Assembly: GCF_022045235.1 (NCBI RefSeq)
Contig: NW_027266297.1
Coordinates: 53,258,001 to 53,322,000, forward strand
Reading direction: 5' to 3'
DNA: 64,000 bases
From: Haliotis cracherodii
Taxonomy: Eukaryota
Shown here one piece after another: positions 36,454 to 49,810 of the stretch. The notes under the pieces were generated by a model, which was given only the letters and a program-made list of their open reading frames with translations, was not told the origin of the DNA and ran no database searches. Position 1 is the first letter of the stretch. Each line of letters begins with the position of its first letter. Position numbers and translations under genes: made by a program.

Positions 36454-36558
36454 TGACCTTTCATAAATATGTTTTGAGTAAATGTTCCAGCTCGATCACG
36501 ACAGCCTGTAGATATATTGTTTGATAGGCATTTCTTAGAAGCTATCGGTTGACAAAGT

Positions 36559-36707
36559 AGACAAAAATGCTTTATGGACAACAACTTTATTATACTGTAA
36601 TTGCGACGTTTCGGTATAGACTGCTTGACAACAGTAAAAGAATCTCTACTGAAACGTCACAATTACTGTGTAATATAGAAGATGTTATCCACAAAACATT
36701 GTTGTCT
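36559..36707. repeat. Imperfect 150-bp hairpin, possibly a Penelope-like element end
   Basis: Outer arms agacaaaaatgctttatggacaaca / tgttatccacaaaacattgttgtct and inner gacgtttcggta / tactgaaacgtc. Confidence 0.55.
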
Positions 36708-37041
36708 TCTTGGGCCTGTAAATAATCGGTTCCAGATCAAACTAACGAGTGATTTATATTATTAGCAACGACTCTTGCCAACGAGGTGTGAAGTAACATG
36801 TTACCTTTGTTGCTGTCTTCTGCTGTCGACAAGGCAGATGTTGAATACAGGATCGAGACAAAATGAGCAAAATATCCTCGATAAATATTTAAATGTAAGA
36901 TAAGAATATTCTGAATATGCAGCCTTGGTGTAGACATTAAAACTGAATGCCTGGTGATTTTGGTGTCAATGATTTTACACTGTATCTAAAACACAGAGTT
37001 GTCAGAAAAAGTAAGTGATATTGCAATTGAAGTCAGAAATA

Positions 37042-37262
37042 AGTGAGTGAGTGAGGGAGTGAGGGAGGGAGGGAGATAGGGAGGCCCGAAGTGATGCAGG
37101 TCTCAAACGTGAACCACTTTGTTTAACTCCACGAGCACGGGTATGGTGCTTACAAACCTAGAATCATAATCGGTGCGAACCGGGATTCAAACCCAAAATC
37201 ATAAGGTTCTGGTTTGCCCAAGGGACTCAATTCTTCGTCGCCATTGGACGACTGGGCCACTG
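37042..37262 (-). mobile_element. SINE family A
   Basis: gcccgaagtgatgcaggtctc...cgaaccgggattcaaaccc...acgactgggccac. Confidence 0.8.
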
Positions 37263-38829
37263 GTGACTCAAAAATTAGGATGCGGCCTTTTTTGAATACA
37301 GTCAGTTCGACAGCTGTAATTGTGGTTAGGGGGTGTCCACTGGAGATGTGTTAGACTAACACTATGAAAATTGTAATTTTGTTTTTCAAACGAACCTTTC
37401 CTCCTCTGCTGCAGAATCAAGGAAACTAGCTAGACTTGGATTAGTTTGATCTAGACTTGCACGGGCATTTATATAATTCCACAGTCCACTGTACATGATG
37501 TTCGGATAAAGGTACAACAGTTGACGGGTTTGTTACAACATTCTATGGATATACAACTTCTGTACTTTTTATGCGTCGCATTCATTGTAATAAAGAAGTT
37601 GTATATCCATAGAATATCTCCCATGTTCATTATACCAACTTCTAAAAGCCACTTGAAGTATAACCTTTGTTTGAAAAATATCTATTCCTTCAAAATCATT
37701 CTTTAAATCCTATATTAAAATCGAGATCTATCAATGATAAATCATCAGTAGAAACCCCACCCTCACCGCCACCGCCACCCCCAACCCCAACCCCACCCCC
37801 AACCCCGCCCCAAACCCGACAACGAAAACAAATATGTTAAATGTTCAAGTCTCGATCTACACATTAAAGCAACTGTTGACTACCAACAAGTTAAGGACCT
37901 GAGAGATCTCACCAAAATGCCTTTACAATTAGTAAAAAGAAGTAATTTGTGAGATTGTTATAGCATTGCTGCCATGGTGTACATATCGTACATGTTGCTA
38001 CTTGCTATTTAGAATAATTAAGTTTACTTAAGTTGATGTAGGTTTCACGGAAACGGTCCGACTATAGTTCGCGTTGTTTCCCTTTGTTATTATTTACATT
38101 GTTTTAGTTTGATAGGAAACCGAAAAAACAATGTTGAGCAGTGGCCATGGATTTGTTTATCAACACATTAAGAGAATCGGTTTCAGCACATGTGTATAAG
38201 GAATAAGATCGCTCTAATACTCGAATGAAGGTGAAGGTCGCTCACTGACCCGTGCATGTTCCCGGGGAATGACGAGACACCTTGATCACCTCGAGCTCGG
38301 CAGTCATTGAAACTATGTACCCCCTTAGCGCTTATCACGTATGACCTAGTTTTGCACATTGACACGTGATCAACCATTTGTCATGTAATACATGACAGTG
38401 TCATTCCGACTGCCGGGTACCTTCACTTGAGTTAGTGCACGTTGTATTTAAAACGCATATGGATTTGTTTAATCTGAGATTTATCGATACCACAAAATAC
38501 TCCTCAAATGAAAATTAATACATGAATAGTAATCATAATTTTCTTAATTGTTTAGTCAGACGGTGAACCAACTATATCTATGACTTTTCCTTATACCCCA
38601 CGCCAGTATGTGAGGGTTCCAATTAAATTAGACCTGAATCCCACCGCTTTGTCAGGTTACATGTGTGTCTATTCATGTCACGTGACTACCTGCGTGGTGT
38701 AGTGGATAGAGTGAATGAGTGAGTGAGTATGGTTTTACGCCGCGTGGTACACCAGAATTGGACCTAACCATTGTCAAGGTTTCATTACTGGTAATGTGTT
38801 AAATTGAAAAAATATATTTATGAAATGTA

Positions 38830-39070
38830 TTTGTTTGTTTTTTTACGCCGCACTCAGCGGCGCACCCAGCTTTATGACGGCGGTCTGTAAACAATCGAAT
38901 CTGGACCAGACCGTCCGGTGATTGACAGCATGAGCATCGATCCACGCAGTTGGGATACTATGACATGCATCAATAATGTCTGCGAGTCTGATCAACCGAT
39001 CTCGTTAGTCGCCTTTTTACGACAAGCATGGGTTGCTGAAGACCTATTCACCCCTCATCTTCACGGGTCT
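38830..39070 (-). mobile_element. SINE-like family C
   Basis: Reverse complement of 35313-35560, ending cttcacgggtc. Confidence 0.85.
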
Positions 39071-40192
39071 GAAATGTATTTAATGGTACGTTTAATAGGA
39101 TAAAACATGGTACATATTCCACACTGTGTACATTTATGATCATATAGCATGATGTTTTGCAAAGAAATGCGCTTTTTCTTCCGATATAATTAAAAAAAGT
39201 TATTATTCAATTCAATTCTCTTACACCGAGCAAATTGCGAGTAAAGGGGAGTAACTCCTAAACTTAAACGTTTCATGGGGTGTGACCAACAAGAGCACCG
39301 TCCCCTCTTCAGTGAGTGATTAAGACTGGTTTAACGCCGCTCTATGCAGTATTTCAGTTATAGCATCATATGATGTTATGACATATCAATGAACCATTCA
39401 ACTGTATGTGTTAACATTCGCTTCAATCATGGCATGCATAATCTGTTCACTGAAATCAAACTGTGCAGTTTACCAACAATTGAGTTTTGATAAATCGACT
39501 TGTAAATGATTGGAACCACCTTGAGTATTAGGATACAGATGCGACACTGTTACAGTTCAATCTTAGTTCAGTTTTGGCAAAGATAGTGTCTTCATGGTAT
39601 TACATGTGTCTTGTTGAAGACACAAGTCACTATCTTTGATTTAAAAAATATATAATTATATCTCATATATTTTTTTCTAACAAACACTACGACGATAGTG
39701 ATAAAGGGAACTGATAAACTGCTTTATGTATCTAGTAACCCTCACTGGATGAGTCGAACCTTTTTGTTTGTCCTATCAACTCAACTGATCTTTACAGTAG
39801 GTGGAAAGATCTGTTAGATAAACAAAACCTTTGTTCCAATGACCTGTCGACGATGGATTGGGTAGATATCTAAACTCACAATGTTAGCATAGTGATAACG
39901 AGAGTGTAAGCAAATGCAGTTGATAAGATAGCGTCGTGGACTATGTCGCTTGGTCGAGTGTGAGTATTCCTATGGTAAACGATAGTCGACCATTTCTGAA
40001 AATATTGCCACAATGTTTGATATGTAAAAGCGTGGTGGAAGAGAATAGTGTTTTACTGTGGGAACGTTTATGCAAAACGAAGTAATCAATGCTTTGAGGT
40101 CTGATGTAACACCTCTTCCAGCCTACCTACGTTACAGAAGACAGAGACTCACCCACCGGCTCTCCTCGACCTCATGACATTATACAACAAAC

Positions 40193-42332
40193 ATGTCGTG
40201 GTGTTGCGCCGTGTTGGTGGTGTTGGCTGCCGTTGTTGGTAAGTAGTTACATGTTGTTGTATACAGTGAAAAAATATATATCAGTCGATGCTTATCAGAA
40301 CACGTTATTGTCCAAGACGAATCACAAATTCAAAGTCATGTCTGACTTAATTATTGTATGTGGACTGACTGTGTCTACTCGTTCATTTCAAATGTTATCA
40401 GCCCCTGTTTCTCCACTGTTAAGGAAGGAACGTATATTGTATGTAGCAATAGTTTACACGTCGTTTTAGGTTAAGATGATTCAAGAATTTTATGAGGTGA
40501 TCGATGAGATAGCTCAGTATGCATGTGAACACATGTAACTGGTATCAGAGATATATGGAATACGTCTGTTAATATGATTTTTAAAAGGAATTATCTCTTT
40601 TTCAGAGACGTCTCAATACGGCAGTCACTGCTTAAGATCAAGCGAACCCAAGCCGTGTATGTACTGTGTGAGGGGGTGGTTTGGCGAGGACTGTAGCCGA
40701 AATTGTCCATCATGTGATAATTCTGGTTGTGACAGAAATACAGGCATATGCGTCAACTGTGCAGATGGGTTATACTCAGAAAGCTGTTCCTTGAAATGCC
40801 CAGATCACTGCAAGACGAGAAATGACAGCCAGGTTCGCTGTGAAAGGATTACAGGACATTGTATGGAAGACTGTAAATCTGGATGGTGGGGAGACAAGTG
40901 CAACAAGCGTTGTAGTGACAACTGTCTCCGTTCAGACTGTTTCTTCTATGATGGTTCGTGCGCTTGGGGCTGCAAGGATGGTTGGACGGGAAGCATGTGC
41001 ACTGACAACTGTCCAGAAGAATGCGCCTTGAACAAATGCTCCCAACGTGGAAAATGTACTATTGGGTGTAAGAAAGGTTTCTATGGAGAAACATGTGAAA
41101 ATAAATGCAGTGACACGTGTAGGAATAACAACTGCTACTTTGACAACATCATCCATTACACGGTATGCCGAGATGGGTGTAGCGATGGATGGAAGGCTGC
41201 TTACTGTAATGAATCTTGTTCTACCGGTTGTAGAAAATGTAATCAACATAATGGTGAATGTTCCAAATGCATGGTTGGTCGCTGGGGTGTACAGTGTGAG
41301 AAACGCTGTTCAACCTGCAGCAACTCACTCTGTGATGTCACTGGGGAGTGCACAGAAGGCTGTCAGAGTGGTTATCATGGACACATGTGTGACCGAGTAT
41401 GTCAACCCGACTGCCTTGAGTGTCGCAAAAACGATAGCGAGTGCCTCGTATACAAACCTGGGAAGACGGATGAAAGTATTGACACTATTCTGGAAGATCT
41501 GGGTGATGGTGAAAACCCCAACGATAGAGGTATGCAGGTACAGCCACAGAATAGCGATACATTGATCCAATTAACTGACATCTCCCCAATCCAGGACAAG
41601 TAAAACATTCCAGATAACATTCTATTAGTTTTGTTTGAATTTTCTTCTGTCAAAGATACGTTATGTCTTTATTTGTGAGTTGAAAAATATAGAACAAATA
41701 TAGACCTATTATGATATAATACTCGACAAGTATCATTCCCCTCCATCTTACATATATCTATGCCACATAAAATGTATTTATTTGTTTGGTCTCTGGAGCA
41801 TGCATAATGACAGAACGTGTATAGGCATTTTAACCTGTATATACTTATGTACGTGCATATCTTTCAGGCGACGCTCACGTCCTAAGGATAGCAATACCGG
41901 TCTCCGTCGCAGTGGCATTTGTTGTCTTCATTATTGTATTGATTGCCATCTGCAGGTAATACTATAAAGAATTATTTCCATTGTGAACTTTCACCATTCT
42001 TGTCAAGGGAAAAGTGTATAGTGTTTCGTACTGACGATCTTTAATGTGTTAATCTGTAGCCAGCGACGAAAGCAGGGTAGATGATGTGTATTAAAGTAAA
42101 ATCAAATTTAAAGAATCATGTGTGGTTTCGGGGATAATTCATGAATCTATTAAGTGTGGGTGTACATGATGTCTTATGTGCTACAATATGTTGCAGGTGG
42201 AGAAAACTACATAAACGTGGACATGTTGAGGAACAGCGTGTTACAGAGACACCCTCGGACTCTGAGACAGAGTCGTTTGTTACCCCCGAGACACAAGTCA
42301 AACGAAAGGCAACATCCCTGGAGATGTTGTAG
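40193..42332 (+). CDS. R7: type I EGF-repeat receptor with short Tyr-free tail (397 aa)
   Basis: Exons 40193-40238 (MSWCCAVLVVLAAVV), 40606-41529 (EGF array), 41868-41955 (GDAHVLRIAIPVSVAVAFVVFIIVLIAICR) and 42197-42332 (WRKLHKRG...KATSLEML*). Total 1194 nt. Confidence 0.9.
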
Positions 42333-44720
42333 ACGTCGGGCGACACCAGCGAATGGCGTCCACTGCTCTAAGTAGCTCTAATACCATTGGTGACGCCATC
42401 CCAAGGATTCCATATCCGGTATCTAAAAGCACCAGTTTGTCTCTGAAATGACGGATAATGTGAAGTACCACTTGCATATTGTTTGAAATTCCTAAGAATT
42501 GTTAAGCCCACGGAGATTAGAAAGTGTTGTTTGGAAAAATGCAAAATAATTTGCTTAAAATTAATTATGTACATCACATACCTTATTTTAGTTTCATACA
42601 TTATCTTTTTCAAGAAATATTTTCAGAATTCCATAAGCGGAATTGATTACTCAATCACATCTCAAAGAAGAACTAAAATATAACAAGTAGATTTAATCAT
42701 TTAAAGCCAGTCTCCAGGGGAGATATATTTGACATCGCCAATCAAAATGCCACTGAATCCTGGTTACACTTACACGTTGGTTATTGCTGTCTGCAAACTG
42801 AAAATGTTGGAAGAATGATGTTCGGTGATAATCTTGCTATGAAATATATCAATGCTCGTCGATAAAAAGTATAAACTCCTGGGCAAGCCTCGTGGTTTTA
42901 AACTTAAGTTGACTCGTGTTGATATCAAAGACACAGGGGTGCGATTCTCTATACACCTCATCGTAACACCTTGAACATATATATTGTTGTTCGCAGGGCT
43001 TATTTGGCACCAGTTCAGGGTTGGGGTTTGTCATTTTGACCCACCTAGATTTAAGATTATCGAATTTCTTAATAAAAACTTCAGTTGTAAGACAATGTTG
43101 GTGCATACATAACTTCTTGTAGACGCTACATGAATGTTGGTTTCGTGACTAATGTGCCAATGTGTTGTGTCTATATCACACATCCAATTTCGATGTCTGT
43201 CGGTTCAAGGGAGGCAACTCCTTTCGTGATAATAACCAGTAATCACATCCGTTAACGTTCGTCAGATGTTCTTGATCAATGTTATGTGCCATTTGTGAAA
43301 TACATCTACTGAATACGTGCCCGTACGTGTTGTTTATGTGTAGTTTGTAGCAGATCGACACCTACCGGATCAATATGTTTAGAATGAAAGCCTCACGTAT
43401 CTGTATGGCTCGAACACATACAAGTGTAGTTGGATTTCAAATTTCTATTTTTGATATCTTTTAATAACAAAACAATATTTCACGAAATTATGCTTTCCTC
43501 AACACCAGGAGAACAGTGACAACACTCAATAGAATTATGCATGCTGGCAGTGTTCGTGTATTGAATACCATATGAGTATGTTTGTGTATGACATGGCACT
43601 GGTAACATGTACATTGACGCGAAATTTGCTTACCTTCTTTAATACTGCCAATCAGGCTGTCAGTGCATATAATGCATGAAGTATAGACACGTTTTGTATC
43701 ATCTTATAAACAATAAACATATGTGTCTTGTCTGTTTCAACCAACGTGCGTGTGGAGACTTTTAAATGTTGTTTCTTTTGCAATTCGAGAGCTCATCTGT
43801 CCACTTAGAAAGTTTGTCAAACCTACGTGCACAGAGTGGCTAATGTACCTATAATATATATTCCACACACCTACAACATATAGTTTGACCCTAAGCGATG
43901 TAATATAACAACACGAACAGATAATAGTATATTTTGGTCATATGTCCTTCATTTGCAATTTGAATGCCTTTATACAATAATCACGTGGCAACACTGACAT
44001 TGTATTTGTGAATTGTGGAATCCAGGTGGTAATGTGGGTGCATAAAGAATGGTACCGCACCTATCGATAGTCCAATCAGAGAACGTTTCACAAAATCAAC
44101 ATCCCGGGTTCCGAAAATGTGGTCGCTGCTTTGGCCATATTTATCGCCGAGGGAATTTGGGTTGACGTTATTCCAAGAATTAAGCAAAGACAAATATTTT
44201 CGAAGCTGTTCAAAGTTTTCAATCAACTCAGCTAGATCTTTTATGTATTTGAGTACATAATTCTGACTGAACGTTTATCGCAGTGACTGAGATGCAGTGC
44301 TATATCAAGACGACCCCTGCTGACCCATGTGATGTGCAGCTTTACTTGATACAATGTAGTCTGTATTCCGATATTATTTCAAGAGGGAAATCTAATACGT
44401 ATATTTACTTGGGTAATCTGTCATTTTGTGTGTCTGTGAGGTATGACATCTCGAATATGCTTTCGTTATCTGATCAACCAAGTCGTCTTTGTGAAGACAT
44501 TCGAAATGAGAACAGCGATCTGACCGGATATCGCTTTTCATCACAATGGACACAACTCGTATTCTTCTCGGGGTGGCGCCACGATCGAGCCAAGACAAGT
44601 AAGGGTAGAAACTAGGCTTTAATATAGGCTAGTGGGTACTCTTTGCTCAGGAAGATAAGTACCAAGTAGGTATGGCCCCTATGGTTTAAGCTTCAGTTCA
44701 ATTCCATCTCTCAGAATTAT

Positions 44721-44869
44721 GAGTGAGTGAGTATGGTTTTACGCCACTTTTAGCAATATTCCAGCAATATCACGGCGGGGGACACCAGAAATGGGCTTCA
44801 CGCATTGTACCCATGTCGGGAATCGAACCCGGGTCTTCGGCTTTAACCACTAGGCTACCCGACCGCCCC
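44721..44869 (-). mobile_element. SINE family B with TSD
   Basis: Flanked by CTCAGAATTAT on both sides (44710-44720 and 44870-44880). Confidence 0.9.
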
Positions 44870-45939
44870 CTCAGAATTATAAGGTAGATAGCCTCGTTTA
44901 CACCATTCATTTTAGTTCCACGTTATTGGATCAATCTAAGTAGAGTATCAGGGCCTGCAACACTATTCGGATAACGCGTTTCATAAGCCAAGTGATCTGA
45001 GCTCTGTCTTTTCATATAACATATTGCTGTGTTCTGAAATCCCAACTTGACACTGTCAGTGGCTCGTCAGCGCTTCAAAGGTAATTGTATTTTAAAAGCA
45101 ATCAACCAGATCAAGTATTGCCAGTGACGTGTATTGTGAAATGTAACTGAACCATAACCCAAATAATCAATGAAGTTTAAGCGACAAAACCCTGTCCATA
45201 TTCATAATAAATCTGTTAAAAGCAGAGTCGATTGTACGATTCCGACTATATGATGAGCATGCCTTTATGAATCACTATCAAATAGTGATAAAACCAGGTG
45301 TTCACGAAAAGGTGAGCGTATCCTGGCCCCACAGTGGCATCCGCCTCAAACACATGCAAAGGCCAATCAATTTTTCATCCTTAACACGTATGCGGCAGCA
45401 CAACTGTTGAGGCAATGCCCCAAAAGAAAAAGAAAATTTTGAATTTTGAATTTGGTCTGTTATGACAGTTACCATACAACATGGAAGATCGTAGTTTTGA
45501 TAGATTCGAGGGTGTTATTAGAAGTACTCAATGTATTATTTTTGGAAAAGGCATAACCTGTATTATGACCGTGGTGAATAGCGCAAATTAATAGTTTCCT
45601 CCTTGTGCTATTGCTAATCACGACGCCTTTCTCATATGTGAGCAGGTTGAATGTGGATGTATGACTGGCGCGCACTGGCGTCATCATTGTAACCATTTCG
45701 TGTGGAGGTAAAAAAAAGGTCCAAGACACTGGTTACAGGGTGAGAACGTTTTATTCCCTTCACTTCACTTCACTCTATTCTCCAGAAAACCACGCATGGT
45801 GGTATTAGAGTACATTTTACATGTCAATCATTATATACAAGCGGTCAAAATGGCGGCGGACTAAAACAAAATATTGTAGGTAAACAGTGGTAGATATAAT
45901 AAGCATGTCTATTATCTAAGTTTTGATATTGCAGAGAAG

Positions 45940-46380
45940 ATAACATTTATAAACTTTGCTAAGTTTCTTAAAACAGTGAAATCCGACGATGTAAACAGAT
46001 GTCTATAAGATGCCATATTTGAAAATTTGGTTAGTTTTGTTGAAATAAATCTTTTTTCTATTTTCATCAAAAGCAGGACAACGACATATATAATGAAACT
46101 TGTCTGCAATTGTCGGAGAGTCACACAATTTACAAGTTCTAAATTCCCTTGGATTATTATACCAACGCCCTGTCTCAATAGGTAAACAATGATTGGATGT
46201 TCTAAATTTTAATTTATAATATTGTCCCTTAGGGCTTACTTCTATTGCAGTGTCTGATAACACATCCTGAAACAATATATCATTCAATAAATACAGCGTC
46301 ATACAATATACTTGAGGCTTAAAACAGTCCATTACACAAATTAAGTGAAACATGAATGACGGATTATATGACAATTAACA
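45940..46380 (-). mobile_element. Non-LTR retrotransposon ORF2 3' relic (Cys/His finger)
   Basis: KFRTSNHCLPIETGRWYNNPREFRTCKLCD...DKFHYICRCP is a typical LINE ORF2 C-terminus. Confidence 0.8.
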
Positions 46381-46844
46381 ATAAGGGGCGATAACTCCTT
46401 GATTAACTCATACATTCAAATGAAATATGTGTTTCTTCAATAATCTTCAGATGGCATTTGCCTTCATTTTTTACATCTTGTCGGGCATCTTTTAAGATAC
46501 AGATATAACTATATCTATGGTCACCTCGTTTAGTGACCAATGACCCATGGATCGAAGAATGACGTTTGTCGTGTGGGAAAGTGGTGTACAGGGAGGAAAA
46601 TTAAATGTTTTGACAAACTCTAACTTGGTTCTTTGTTTAGCTCACAAATGAGCCAAGCAAATACTTTTGAGGTTTTGAGAATTACTAACCTCTTTTCTAT
46701 CTCCTGTCTCTCTTAATCCCCTTGGCAAGCAAGGGGTCATTTGTAAATAAACATTTACAGTGGGTAATAACACTAATTTATTCATGGCAGGCATTAGATA
46801 TTGCAACTGACTAAACAATCACCCTAATTAGTTGCGTATCTAGT

Positions 46845-48916
46845 TTACTGTTTTAAATTCAAACTGAAAACAACTACTGTAACCACAACCAGTGTCTCAT
46901 CCCCAGGCCTGTATGATCCACCTGCAGGAGAATATTTGTATTGCATTAATGCATTTGTATGTACATGAATATGTTTATGATGATGTGCCGAAGTACAAAC
47001 ACACTGTCTTTTTAAAACAAAAACTGATTCAATTGATGGAAAGCACTACATATATGGCAATGCATGTATCCACTGTTATATTGTGTTACATGACTTTCAT
47101 GAAAAATGTGAATGAAAACTAACTTCATAGAATGTTTAAAAAATAACCAACGTTGACTTTATTATGCAAAGAGGTTTTAGACTGAATGTGCTAGTTGCTT
47201 ACTTGTATTTACGTCGTCCTCATCTGGACACTCCCGGGAGTCATGTGTGATGGGCAGACATGTGACGTCGCATTTATCTTTACATCGACATGGCTCATGC
47301 GTCTCAAGGCATCCGTCACAAGCAGTGCCACAACGGTTCTCACAGTTGTCTCCATGGTAACCGAGTTGGCAACTCCTGCATCTTCCATCTCTGTCACATG
47401 TCTTGTTAAAACACGTGGCACTACATGTTCTAGTGCAGTCACTTCCCCAGTAGCCTTGCTTGCATCTGGAACATTCCCCAGTCTCTTGAGAACATGCCTC
47501 ACAGTTACCAGGACACTTCAGCTTACAGTCGAGTGACATCCAGCCGTCCACACAGCCCTGTCTGCAGACCGTAGACTTCATACTGTGGTCATAGAAACAA
47601 TCCTGATCTCTACAGTGTCTGTTACACTGCTTATTGCAGTGATGCCCGTGAACACCGTGTTTACATCCTTGTGTACACTTATGGCTCCCGTACTGTTCGC
47701 ATGTGTCACCGTGACATCCCCCTGGACACCTGGTGTCACAACTGTCACCGGCCCAACCGTTCCTGCAGCCTCTAGCACACGACCCGTCCCAGAAGTAGCA
47801 GGAGTTGTCTTCACATCCACCACTGCACTTGTTTTCACACTTCTTTCCCCACCAACCGCCTTGACAGTTTTCCAGACAGTTTCCTGTCTCCCGGTTACAG
47901 TAGGGCTTGTCACCGTGACTGTATCTACAGTTGGGAGGACATGTCTCTGTACAGTTGGTGGCATGGTACCCAGCCCCACACTGTATACACCTCCCTGTGT
48001 CACTGTCACAGCCGCCGACGTCGCAGAAGCCGAAACATTTGTAGTTGCAACTGTCACCATGCCAGCCTCTCTTGCAGTCAGTGCAACGACCGTCGTCTGA
48101 TGGCCAGAGACAGTTGGAATCAGCTGACGATTGATGCATAAAGAATACTGAAACAGATATACTAGTCTTGACTTTGGTTAGACGCATGAATTATATAATT
48201 TCAAAGTGGCCTTCGGGTGATCAAAAGATAACATTGGAGGCAATGGAGGCAATCAAATCGGGGTTAATGAACACATGCACGTGTACATTTCAGGTAGCGT
48301 TTTGTCAGAAAGGGTTCTGATAAACAACGAAGCAGGGTTCCGTTCCACAAAGCTACCGTAGCGCTAAGGTGATCGTAACTCCCATACATTAACATAGAAT
48401 TACGACTTTCATTGTGCTACGATCGCTTTGTGGAACGGTTTCTCAAATTTCGATGCATTGTATACTCGTATCATCATTTGGTTGACACATCACGAACACA
48501 CGTATTGTTTATACACGTGCATAAGTACACACTTATAACCAAATAAATTATTCGTGCTTGTGTTCAGGCAAACCAACTACAGAATAATTTCGTTAAATCG
48601 AATATGTTACAATAATTGGAACATAGTATTAGAATTAAATTCCATAGATATACACATGACAAATATCCAAATGTAGTTTTTCAAATAATTTTCATGGCGA
48701 CTCATTGTAGATATACTGCGCTCAGTGAGTACACTGTAGCCGTTCGTACTTCAAGCCAGGGTCGCCTGACAGTAATCATCCAGACAAGAAAGGCGGACAA
48801 TGTATCAATCATTTCAAACTTCATGGAAACGTTCTTGTTCTTGTTTTAACCAGTATCCAACCGGACAGTGTCTTGGACTTACACACTAACAACAGCGGGC
48901 TTCTAGTCATATCCAT
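46845..48916 (-). CDS. R8: EGF-repeat protein with GPI-signal-like C-terminus (351 aa)
   Basis: Exons 48916-48883 and 48147-47203 give MDMTRSPLLLVLFFMHQSSA|DSNCLWP plus the EGF array; exon 46921-46845 reads SGSYRPGDETLVVVTVVVFSLNLKQ*. Total 1056 nt. Confidence 0.88.
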
Positions 48917-49619
48917 CTTGATACAAGCACCAACTGAAACGGAATATATGAAATATGATAAACGACTTACCATCACAAATGGATCAACTACATTACCCAC
49001 TGGACGTTGTTGGAGAAAATTCAATACCGGTGATGCAAACTATTTTAATATCTACCATCAACCCGTATTACCGTGAAAGAAGCTATAATTGAATGTCGTC
49101 GCCAAATTGTTAAACTATTACCGACATGGCTTTAATAATAATATATTAAGTGTAACGCTAATACCACATACTGTGACAAAGCGCTGGCGAATATTACCGG
49201 TGCGTATAGAATTTGAATTGTGAGGTGTCTGAGTAGCTGCGTTTCAGGCGATACAATAAGAGGTTCTCCGATCACACTTCCACTTGATCCAAGCGGATAT
49301 TTAAGTCTCAAAGAAACACCATACGTAAATTACCCGTGTTTCAGTTTGGTGCAGGTCATAAAGCCCTCGTGGAGGTCAGTGGGTCAAGCTTGCAGAATGC
49401 TGCCACCTACTACTCTCCGTCGCCACCGTACGTTTAACGTAAGTTTAATTGTATTGTGGCCCTGTACAATGTTATATATAATATTTCGATTCACCCACTC
49501 ACTGCTAAAGAAACAGCAGTACATGAACCTCTACTGCTGTGTTCTGGAATGTATAGTAACTCTTTCATATACCGATAAAACATGTTACACATACATCATA
49601 CAATAGCAGTCACATACTG

Positions 49620-49810
49620 TGCTGATAGCACGTCGTCACGTCTTAACTGCGTGGCTAGACTGAACTGCGCACTCATGATGTCAATTACTTGGTGTCTGGA
49701 TCAGACTCTAGATTACTTACAGACCGACGTCATACATGTATCTGGAATATCGTTGTGTGTGGTTGTAAACAACAAACAAGCAAACAAATAACCAAACAAA
49801 CGAACAAACG
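49620..49810 (+). mobile_element. SINE-like family C, degenerate
   Basis: ctcatgatgtcaat...tcagactc...acagaccg.cgtcata...ctggaatat with (AAAC)n tail. Confidence 0.6.

Noticed and set aside
47195-48141. Thr/Val-rich antisense and off-frame ORFs over the EGF exons (also 587-1335, 33786-34680, 40822-41653, 60108-61025)
   Set aside because: They are shadow frames of TGT/TGC-rich coding sequence.
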